Shown here one piece after another: positions 39,801 through 51,800 of a DNA stretch of 64,000 nucleotides. Origin of the DNA: Anolis carolinensis (Eukaryota). The notes beneath the pieces were generated by a model that saw only the letters and a list, made by a program, of their open reading frames with translations, searched no databases and had not been told where the DNA came from. Within the stretch, counting starts at the first letter, position 1. Every line of letters starts with the position of its first letter. A program made the position numbers and the translations under genes. The DNA lies in contig NC_085846.1 of assembly GCF_035594765.1 (NCBI RefSeq), positions 57,461,190 through 57,525,189 of the forward strand, given 5' to 3'.

Positions 39801-42800
39801 AGTCGTCACATTCTCGTATGTAGACTCACTATCAATGTACTATGTCGTTTTTAATCACAGGGACACTACTAGCTTTGAAAAGTCAACATTAAAGCAGTGA
39901 TTGGGTATTACTGGCTGACAGCAACAAAAAGCTCGAAATACATCTAACTTTGTCATCTCTGCAAAAAGAAACTGGCAAAATGTCAAATGCATTTTAGGTA
40001 CCTAGCAATTACGATCATTCGTTTTCCAATTTATGTGGGAAGAATTAACTTTTTCATTGTTGAGATAAGATCAGTGAACACATTTCCCTTGTCAGGAGAT
40101 ATATCACGCTATTCATGTTTTTTTGCCTCCAGGGGAGAAGTGTATTCACTGGTTGAAGTGCTATAAATTACTCTGAAGATTAAATTCTGAAGTTACACTG
40201 TGAAATGGAGAAATGGTTCAGGAGTTGTACAGAAGTAATTAATGCTAGTTAATATGAGAGTTTCCACTCACCTGTTTTTTAAACTGTTGGCATTCTTCAG
40301 GTGTAAGAGTGTCTGCTTTGGCAATGAGTGGAATAATATTCACCTTTTCATGCAAGCGCTTCATGAACTCAATATCCAAAGGCTTCAGCCTAACAAGATA
40401 AAATACATATAAATATAAATCAAAATCAGCATAATTTAAAATATTGTCTACAATTCTAGCCACTGAACCGCAAAGACAACAAAACAAAACAAAACATGTT
40501 AGTAGTAGTCTAGAAAGAGGCAATCAGAAATAAAGGATTACGTTTAGAAAAAATGTCCAAGTTTTATTTACACAAAAACATTCAAAACTAATGGTGCAAA
40601 TTATGTTACCCTAAATTCAAGAATTAGCTTACAGTATTTTAAAATTAGAAAATTCAGAGGATACATACAGTAATACGAAATTAATATAAGCAGACTCAGC
40701 AGAACAAATACTGTAATCAGAAAAGTATGGTTATACAAGTCCTAGTTACTGAACATCTAATTCCTAAAGTCCAATCTGGATTTTGTGCAAACAATTAAAA
40801 TAATTTTGCCAAAAAAATTAACCATGTTTGCACAGAAAAATGTAAATTTATGGGCTGAACATTTATACTTGAAGATGTTTTAAGATAAAACAAAAATACA
40901 TTGAGTACTAACCCATGTCCTGAGGGAGCAATGAAGTATAGGCAACACTGCACCCTGTTATCTGGCATCTGACGTCTGTTCACACGTGATTCTGCATTGA
41001 GATAATCTTCAAATTTACTGTCAATGTAGTCAATAACTGGTTGCCAGCTAGGAAACACACAGTGACATTTTTGTATCAGTCATTGAACTTGTAATTCAGC
41101 ACAACACTAGATGAAGTGCTCATTTTGCTATGAAGTTTTAATATAGTCGATTAACTATATCACATGAACACAATTAACATACTGTACTTTAATATTTCAA
41201 ATCTAAGTGCTATTTTTTCAGATTATATGCAGAACTATATTTGCACTCAACATACTTATTGCCAATAAATAGGATGCATTGCTACAAGGTTTTCCAGTCA
41301 CTATTAAGTGAAAGAGCAATTGCCCACCAGAAAGTGGACAAGTGGCTAAGCACATCTGCTCCTTACAGTTTCTGCCCACTTAGAATCAAAGAAACATAAG
41401 AGTCGTAGGGTTGAAATAGACCACAAGGGCCAACCAATCCAATCCCCTGCCATGCAGAAAAACAGAACCAAAGCACCCCACTTAAAAAAACCTCCAGAGA
41501 AAAAGACTCTACCACCCTCCGAGGCAGCATATTCCACTGCCAAACTAGTTTACTATCAGGAAGCTCTTAATAATGTTTAGGTGGAATCTCTTTTTCTTGC
41601 AATTTGAAACCATTGCCATGTCCTAGTCTCTAGAGCAGCAGAAAACATGCCTTCCTGCTCCTCACTGTGATATTCTTTCAAATATTTACAAATGGCTATT
41701 ATGTTCTTTCTGAACTTTTCTTTTCTCCAAGCTAAGGATACACAACTTCCTAAGCCGCTCCTCATAGGACATAGCTTCCTGCACTTTCACCTCTCTGGAC
41801 ACATTCTAGCTAACCAAAATCCTTCTTGAGCGGTGATGCCCAGACTAGACACAGTACTCCAGATGAGGTTTGACCAAAGCAGAACAGAGTGGACCTATCA
41901 CTTCCCTGATCTGTACTCTGATGCAGCTTAGAATCACATTGGCTTTTTAGCTGCCACATCACACTGTTGACTCATGTTCACTTTATGGTCTACCAAGACT
42001 CCTAGATCCATTTTCAATATACTGTTTCCATACCAGGTGTCACCCATCCTATATCTGTGAATTTCATTTTTATTGTTAAAATTCATTTTATTAGTTTCAG
42101 CCCAACTCCCTAATCTGTTCACATCATTTTGGATTCTGATCCTGTTCTCTGGGGTGTTAGCTATCCCTCCCAATTTTGTGTCATCTGCAAATTTGCTAAG
42201 CATGCCTTCTATTCCATGTTGAATAGCACTGGACCCAGTACAGAAACCTGGGGCATCCCGATGATTTTTCCTCTCCAGGATAAAGAGGAGCCATTGGTAA
42301 GCATCCTTTGAGTTTGGTCAACCAATTCTGCCACTAGAAAACATAATGCATTTCCCATTTCCTTATGACAGTAATTAATATCTAGATGTAGGTCAGTCTA
42401 ATATCTGTACAAAAATGAAGTCTCTTGCTCATTTGCCATTTAACCAGGGCCCTCCAGATGTTCCAGATGTCAATTTCCAGAAGATCCAGCTACTATAGCT
42501 AATGGCATGGAATTATGAGAACTGAATTGTAGTCTTTAAATAAAATTTATAAAAGCCAAATGTTCCTTGCTCCTGATTTAAAGTTTGGAGAAAAGGAGAG
42601 CTGCACATTACTCTTATGTGTAGAAATACATGAGGATCTGCTGTAGTAAAAGGAAAGGAAAGATAATGTATACAGCAAGAAGACAAAGCAGAAGAAGAGA
42701 TAATAAAGTGAAGCTAATGGTACAAATGGAAAAAGTATCAGAAAATAAGCTTATAACAAACAATCCCCAACATTACTGACAAAGCATATAAAAAGATAAA

Positions 42801-45800
42801 GTACTAATACTGGACAGTAACTAGTGAAAGACACGAAGGTAGAATGAGTGGTGAAATAGTATTAAATAAAACAGATAACAGCTTATTAGGAGATTTTCTC
42901 ATACAACATCACTGAATTACAGTCAACCCCTTTGCATTTTATATATCAATCACACAATATTTACGTCAGAGCAATCAGGAAGGAACTAAAATATGTGTTA
43001 GTGAAATATGTTACATTATGTTTTTAATAATATACTACTTTTCCATTTAATACAAGGGTAGAAAGTATACATTAAGTGAAGGAATTAAGTTCCTCCTCCA
43101 AGAAATGCAAAGTTTGAGTATGTAGCTACCATTTCAATATTAAAACCTGCTTACCAATTGCTATTATCCACTGCATCACCAAATCCTGGTGTGTCTACTA
43201 TTGTTAGTAGCAGCTGGACACCACCTTCTTTAATTAAAACTTTAGACTGTTCAACCTAAAAAAATGAAAGTGGAGATAAGAAATTCATATACTTGAAACA
43301 CAGAAATGGTATTTCTCCAAGTAAAAAGGATGAAAAGTGAGCAACATATTCTGAATACAGATTGATAATATCTTATCCAGAATTCCAAAATCGAAAATGC
43401 TCAAATGCTAATTTTCTAAGCACAATTTTAATATTCTGACACGCCCTATTTCCATCTAAAACCTAAGGTAAACCAGCAGATGTATTTTGCATTTCTTCAC
43501 AAGCATCAAGAAGCTTACAGTGGTAGTTTCATTAGCTCACTTTAATGTCCTGATAATCAGCAGAACTTTCAGATCCTGTGATCATCTTAGAAAAAGGCAG
43601 ACTGACAGCTGACACAAAGGTGAATCTACATATATTGAAAGCAGATTGGTATTGTTTTTAATGACAGGGTAAAAAACTGCACAAGCAAACAGAATGTTCT
43701 AATGATGAACAGATCGAGCTGAAGACAGTCAAACTTACACTGTATCAAGCTGGTGATGCAAAGAACATCATGAATGTACAGTAGATCAGTAAGACAATAC
43801 AACATCAGAATGAAATAATAGATTTGACTTTATTATATTTCTACCCCTGATATTTGCTTTTGATGAATACTGTCTTTTCATTTTCATAACACATGAAGCT
43901 GCTTATGAATTGAGTCAGACCATTAGCACAGCTATTCCAGTACTTTCATCATGGAAAAGGCAGCAGATTTCTGGGTTTCAAACAAAATTCTTTCCGAGAA
44001 ATGCTCGAGAGTGAGCTCGATACCTTCTACATATAAGGCATATATCTATTTGAGCTGATTCCAAAATTTTGTTATCCTTTGTTCAACACACATCTATCTT
44101 TCGAAGATGAAATCTGAAATGCTCATTTGTACAGTTATTTATAATGTAAGATTTCTAACAGTTAATGCCGAAGTCTTAGATTCTTGCCATATTTTGTGAC
44201 TACTTTATTTAACACAATACACACATGATAAAGTTCCAACCAGTTCATCACTATGAACATTCCTCTTAGTATGTTTTCTTTATTAATTTGTGCATCCATA
44301 TATGGTCATATTCTCACAAAGAACCGCCATTTGGAAGAGATCCAGAAAACAACTGTAAACCAGTGTCAATCTCTATTAAGAGGCTAAATGAATCCTATCT
44401 AGTTTTAAAAGTATTCCCAGAAGGAACACAAATTCACTCCATTCTGGAATTTAAAACTTTCTTTAATAAATCTATTCCAAATGGTTATTTTCCCATGAGC
44501 TGATTTAACAGGCTGTTACAATCTAGTTTACAGCATTGTCAGATTGTAGCAAATTTAAAGCTGTTTTGTTTGCTTATCATTTCTCAAAGGAATAATGCAC
44601 TCAGTTACTTAGCCTGTGCCCCAGCCTTTAGTATTAGTGAAGCTAACAGATACCTCACCGCCCCCATGGTTTACCTAACAAACCTGGAGGTGCCCAAACA
44701 CCGAAGGGTTTTCACCCTGGCAAGATGCCATATCCTCCCATCAGCTGTATTGGAGGGGAGATATCGAAAGACCCCCTTCAAGGAGAGATTATGCTCATGT
44801 GAGTCCGGACACACAGAAACAACTAAACCTGTGCTCCTTCAATGTATGTTCTACAGAAACATTGGAACTAATCTCATCACTTCATGGCTTCTTAAATACA
44901 CAGGGCACACCAGATAATTTTATACCATCCTGCTGCTCTTGGACTCTAGCACTACAATAACTTACAGTGTTGCTAAGTTATGCGTTGCAGCACTTAAAAT
45001 TAAATGGATTATGATCAACCCCACAGGGCAGCACCCTGATGGGAGCGTAGCTGGAACAACCTGTTGCAGCTGACATGTTGCTGGACTTGCAATGTGCCCC
45101 TCTTTCTCCCACTAGTGCTCCTCTAATGTTTTGATTCCGATCAGACTTCCCTCCCCCTCCAGGTCCCATAACTGCATTGTTAAATATGTCTCTAAACAGT
45201 ACTTAAAAAAAACTGTTTTCTAATCTCTTTTATGATTGCCTCCCTAGGGAACTGTGTTTCCCATCCCAGGGCGTTTGTGCCCCTCTCTGTGATGGTCATG
45301 GACTGTAATAAAGTCTTGATTGATTGATAATCCTGTCAGTGCAGGGGTTCCCAAACTTTTTCAGCCACTGACTGAGCCCTTTTTGAAGCAAAAGTTTCTC
45401 GTGGAACCCCAAGAAATGTTTAGTGTTGAGTTCTATCTGTATATGTAGTATGAGGCATATTACACATGATATGCATATGGAAGAATGAATAATAAGGTAT
45501 ATATAAGGTATATATATTAATAAAGGAAACAATAGTAAAAAAGAACTGGAAACAATTATTTAAATCTACAAAATGATATAACAACTAGTTAAGATATTTG
45601 AAAATGGCTGGAAATGGTTTGGAGACACACAATAACAAGAATTGCCGGACAAAGGAAACTAGCCCATGTATTTTAGGGGATAGTTGTAAGCAGTCAGGAA
45701 GCACTGCCCTGAGTCTACTGCAGGAAACCAGCTACAAATTTTGATTGCTGATGTTGTAAAAATTGAAATAGCTTTGATTTTTAAATTCCTCCTGCAATTG

Positions 45801-48800
45801 TATGTAATGTATACAGATTTAAGTATAATTTTCATTGTTATTGCACGCCTAAATCTATGTCACAGCCCAGATAAAAACAGCAGAGAAGAGTGAGACTGAA
45901 CAGGATAGTGAAAATATAGACTTTCTGTCAAGTGTTTAAAGCAAGCAATTTTCTTCAACTTCTAGTTATAGTAATCTTATCCAAGAATATAAAAGAATAT
46001 CAAGTAATAACATTATCCATTTAACTTTATTTTAAATCAAGTGATATTCAATAGTGTCTGCCACAATAGAAACACAACCTCAATATTGTTCTTATTCTGT
46101 AAGCGCAATGCACAATCGCGACTCCAGATAATTCAGCAGCACTTAACTTTTCTTCAAATTACTTCTATCATTTAAGTTTATGTACAGACACCTCACTCTT
46201 CTCAAAAGGTCCTTTCCTTTCACTAAGGTGTGCATGCTTTCTCATACCATAAAAGAGAAAGCTTGCAAAGGTTCCAGTCCAGGAGAACCCACCCACCAGG
46301 CTTGAAGTTTCCCACACACCCAACAATCTCCTATGCTCTGTACACTCCTTTTCCTCCTTGTCTGCTGTCTTGCTAGAAGTGTCACAGCCATAGCATTGGG
46401 AATGATGCTAGAGAGCAACAGATGTCAGTTAATGAAGCAAAGAATGGCTCAAGCCACTTTCAATTCAAGCATCATATTGTGTAGATATATTTGCAGTAAA
46501 CAAGGCTTCTAGTGTTCTGGAAGTTATGTACAAATTGGGAAAGAACAGAATTGTGATGTAACAGTGTGTTCCATAGCTACTTCAAGCAAGAGGTCAGACA
46601 GTAGCCTCCTTTAAAAAAATCCTTACTAAGCACAGGATGGAACAGGAAAACAGTGTGAAAAAGGAAGAACAAGTAAGGATGCCTCAGCAAACTCTTCCAA
46701 GATGTCACAAATTGTAGACCTCTTCAATTTTGGAATCCATAGGATTGAAGATAGGTGAAATAAGAATTTATGTGGCACAATGTTTTGGGCTGTGAGATTT
46801 CTCGTGCTTCGTGGTTATTTCAGAAAATGATAATGTTCTGATCAAACTTTGTAAGGTGAGGAGAACTGTGCTCAAAGCCATGGGCTATTATAGTGACATA
46901 TGGGATGATAAAAGAAACAGGTGAAGCAGATATCTCTGGATATATTTTGGAAAAATCTTTCAAGTGGTCTATAGAAAATTTCAAATATTTTCATTTACTT
47001 ATGAAAACCTACTTGGCCTGGTTATTTCACTTTAAATGTGCATATTATTAGTTCTGAAAAAGGTTTGGCAAAACTTTCTGAACTACTCTTTTTTGTGGTT
47101 TATGATTTTATCCACATTCCTTCCACATTATTGCTGCTTTTGGTACCAAATTTTCTGTTAAAGAAGTAATGCAAAAAGACATCTACTCCGTTAACTGAAG
47201 TAGACCTTCATTATAGCTATTCTCTAAAGTCTCCCTTCACATCCCACCGCCATTAAAATTGAAGTAGATGGTGACTGAAAGGGAGACCACAACAGCTCCA
47301 GGTCAAGAATTTGTTTGCTACAAATATTTGAAAGGCAGAATTTCCACATCCTTTTACTTCTAGATGATACGATTTTTATTTTCTCCGACTTATTAACATG
47401 TATTTTCTTCATGTTGTGCTGTTTCTTTGTGTATCATGCTACTTATCTCCTTTAAAATGACTATTTTTATTTTTTAATCTGATTTATCTTATTATATGCC
47501 ACATCTATTAAGTTATAGAAATGCACCTGTACAATTAAACCTGTCCTTCTGACGTATGATAAACAAGAAAGTTTCTGTGTGTTGTCGAAGGCTTTCATGG
47601 CCGGGATCACAGGGTTGTTGTATGTCTTTCGGGCTGTGTGGCCATGTTCCAGAAGTATTCTCTCCTGACGTTTCGCCCACATCTATGGCAGGCATCCTCA
47701 GAGGTTGTGAGATATGGATAAACTAAGTAAGGAAAGGAAAGAATATATATCTGTGGAGAGTCCAGGGTGTGGCAAGAGTCCTTTGTCACTGGGAGCCAGC
47801 ATTAATGTTTCAGTTAATCACCCTAATTAGCATTGGAAATGTTTTGTCTCATGCCTGGGGGCATCCTTTGTTCCGTCAAGTCCTCAGAGTTTTGGTTCCC
47901 ATCTACTGTTTTGATTTTGGAGTTTTGTAATACTGGTAGCCAGATTTTGTTCATTTTCATGGTTTCTTCTTTTCTGTTGAAATTGTCCACATGCTTGTGG
48001 ATTTCAATGGCTTCTCTGTGTAGTCTGACATGATAGCTGTTGGAATGGTCCAGCATTTTTGTGTTCTCAAATAATATCTTGTGTCCAGGCTGGTTCATCA
48101 AATGCTCTGCTATGGCTGATTTCTCTGGTTGAATTAGTCTGCAGTGCCTTTCATGTTCTTTGACTCTTGTTTGGGCGCTGCGTTTGGTGGTCCCTATGTA
48201 GACTTGTCCACAGCTGCATGGTATCCGGTATCAAGACAAAGATCCACCCAGAGGAAAGGTGTTCTTACCATACATCAAGGGAACCACTGACCGCATAGGC
48301 AAACTGATGAAGAAGCACAACCTACAAACTATCTACAGACCCACAAAAAAAATCCAACAAATGCTACGGTCAGCGAAGGACAAGAGGGATCCTCTCTCTT
48401 CTGCAGGAGTCTACCGGATACCATGCAGCTGTGGACAAGTCTACATAGGGACCACCAAACGCAGCGCCCAAACAAGAGTTAGTTTATCCATATCTCCATA
48501 TCTTACTTAGTTTATCCATATCTCACAACCTCTGAGGATGCCTGCCATAGATGTGGGCGAAACGTCAGGAGAGAATACTTCTGGAACATGGCCACACAGC
48601 CCGAAAGACATACAACAACCAAGAAAGTTTCTTTTTGGAATCTCTACAGAGGATCCTTCTGTAACACTACCTAGAAATTATGTATGCATTTTCAGTTGGA
48701 GTATTACTGAAATTTCATGTAGAGAAGATTTATCTTTTTTGAAGAGGCTTCATTCCACATTCTTGCTACTAAGTCAGATATCTGTTCAACTAAAAAAAAA

Positions 48801-51800
48801 GAAAAAAAAAAGCCTGAAGCCTATACAGATTGCAAGCAACAGATGTGGCAACCCCACAGACAAAACAAATGATGTAATAATATCCGATCTAAAATATGAT
48901 TTTAAAAAAAATCACAGCTTTCTCTGAGGACAAGAGAATGTAATGTGAAAGAATGTTTTCCAAACATACCTGCACAGTCTTCTTTATTCTATGTGAAGGT
49001 CCTGGATATTCTGGAGAATACAGCTCTGTCAGGAACAGCGAATTGATTAATGTTGATTTCCCCAATCCAGATTCACCTATTGGCGAGGGAATGTCACCAG
49101 TTAGAGGGATTATCCATGGTTACTAAATGGTTTAAAATACTTTCCAAATCAATTATTTTAAAAATGATAGGAAATATTTCAAATGAGACACAAATAAGTT
49201 ACTGTGTACAACGCAAAGTAAGACTTTTCTCATTTTCCTATTCCCAGTCAACCCTGGTCATTGTCACCTGAGCCCCAAGTCTCCTTGGAAAACTATTCGA
49301 ACAACTACGGTTTTTAAAAAGGCTTGCTTCAGTATGGTTCACATGGGTGACATTCATCTGAGAATATGAGGACAAACCATAGTATCCTGTTTCATCTGAA
49401 CAGGGAAATTATATTAATTAGATCCACAAGAAGCCAGGATTTTATATACAATCAAAGCACAGTATAATAATTTAGTTCCTAAACTGGGCAAACACAGCAT
49501 CTATGTTCAGAAGAGATGAGAAAATCTTATTGGAGATCTCCTGGTTTAATGGTGGCTGAGTGTAATTTGCATCTTTTAAGACATCAATGCAACATGTAGA
49601 ATCTATTTAGTGGAAGGCCCTTGAAGCCTGAATTTCATTCCTACCAAGACCATTTATCTGCCAATAAAGGTCAAACTTAAAAGAGTTTCAGAACACATGG
49701 ATATGATTTCTGATAAAACCCAGACAAATGCTTTTTCCCAGACGTTTACTATAGGAAACCCCCATCAACATTAGAAAATTATCGTTTCAAAACAGAAAGG
49801 CAAAATAACTTGTTCTGTAGCATCTTAATATGGCAACCCCCCCCCCCAAATTGTAATTGAGACTATGTGAAGTAACTTATTTCTAAACAAGCAGGTCTCT
49901 AGTATTCTATATACTGTATATAAAAATGTTATGGACTTTTGGCCTAGAAGTAGGCAACGAAACTACACGACCAAGAACCACAAAACTTCGCAACACAACC
50001 CAACGACCTTGCCGCTAGGTTCCTACAACAAAACCCAACATCTGGGATGGAACCAGGACCCCAAAAATCCCAAAAATAGGAAAAAGCCATCTGCGCTTGC
50101 GCCGCTGCGGCCATCACGCGCCCCACCCCCCTCAAAGGTTGCTCGCACGCTCGCCTATTCCTGCTGCCACAACCATCTTCACAATGTGCGCGAGGAAATA
50201 GAGAGGGCGAATAAAGCGGTGGGTTACTCTCCGGGGCTCACCGTTTCTTCGGCGCTTTCCTTCACCGTTTCACCAAACCCACCGCATCTTTGGAAGGCGG
50301 AAAGAAAGAAACACTGCCCAGGAAGACAGCAAAGGCGGCGAAAGCAACAACTGTGGCTCAGCAAGGTGAACCCTATGCGGGGAAGGGAGGGAGGGAAGAG
50401 GCTGTGAGAGCAAGGTAGCCTCAAGACCCTGTTGGGGGGGGGAGGAAAGGGGGCGGCCGGGCGCCTTTCAGGTGACAAAAGCCCGCACCCACACGAGGGA
50501 CTCAAAATGGTGATGATGGACACACCATCCTCGAAATTGCGGCCCTCACGACCCTATCCACTGCCAGACTGCTATACATGTCTATGCCAGGCATCCTCAG
50601 AGATTATGACATCAGTTTAAAAAGAGACAAGTGGGATATTTATCTATCTCAGCAATGATATCCAGGATGGGACAACTCTTATCTGTCTGAGGCAACTGTG
50701 AATGTTCCACTTGGCCACCTTCATTACCATTGAATGGCCTTGCACCTTTAAGGCCTGCCTACTTCCTGCTTGAGAGGGGGAATCCTTTGTTCGGAGATAT
50801 TCGCTGGCCCTCATTATATCATGTCTGGCATTCCCTGATCCCTCACTGCTATTCTTTATTTAACTGTCCTGATTTCACTGATTTTTTTAATACTGGGAGC
50901 CACATTTTGTTCATTCCAGGTAGGCAGGAAGCATCCAGCTTTTGAAGCTAAAAGGCTATTCAGTGCCGATTGCAACATTCACACTTGCCTAAAGCAAACA
51001 ACAGTTCTTTCTTCCATCCTGGTCATTCCACAGAAATATAAACCCCACTTGCTTACGTTACAACACATTTCACAACCTCTGAGGATGCCTGCCATACACG
51101 CAGGCAAAATGTCAGGAGAGAATACATTTGAAACATGACCAGGAGAACTCAGAACAACCCATTACAAAGAGAAACAAAAATAATAAAATAAATACAAATA
51201 CATAAAATAAAATAATAAAATATAATATAGTAGAGTCTCACTTATCCAACGTTCTGGATTATCCAATGCATTTTTGTAGTCAATGTTTTCAAAACATCAT
51301 GATATTTTGGTGCTAAATTCGTAAATACAGTAATTACTACTTAGCATTACTGCGTATTGAACTACTTTTTCTGTCAAATTTGTTGTATAACATGATGTTT
51401 TGGTGCTTAATTTGTAAAATCATAACCTAATTTGATGTTTAATAGGCTTCTCCTTAATCTCTCCTTATTATCCAACATATTCGCTTATCCAACGTTCTGC
51501 CAGCCTGTTTATGTTGGATAAGTGAGACTCTACTGTACATACAAATAGTAAAATAAAAGAATACAAAAACCAAAGAATAACAAAGAATAACAAAAACAAT
51601 ACAATAAATACAAATAATACAATAAAAATAATGAAAAACAAGAACAAAAAATAAAACAAAATTAATACAATAAAATACTGTAATAAAATAACTAAAAATA
51701 ATATAATAAAATCATAAAATATAATAAATAAAAATAATAAAATAAAATAAAATAAAACATTTAAAAAAGGAAAATAAAAAATCCACAACAATTTTTAACC

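Larger units (their letters stand above)
47577..48619. mobile_element. Young Penelope-like element with inverted arms and GIY-YIG endonuclease remnants
   Basis: [19 protein letters not shown] (GIY-YIG) in both orientations; inverted pLTRs; perfect 13-bp TSD CAAGAAAGTTTCT at 47564-47576 and 48620-48632. Confidence 0.92.

Noticed and set aside
49931-50407. 158-aa ORF
   Set aside because: No recognisable domain; it spans the Helitron head and cargo junction.
51468-51791. Hydrophobic 107-aa ORF
   Set aside because: Low-complexity A-rich tract read on the minus strand.
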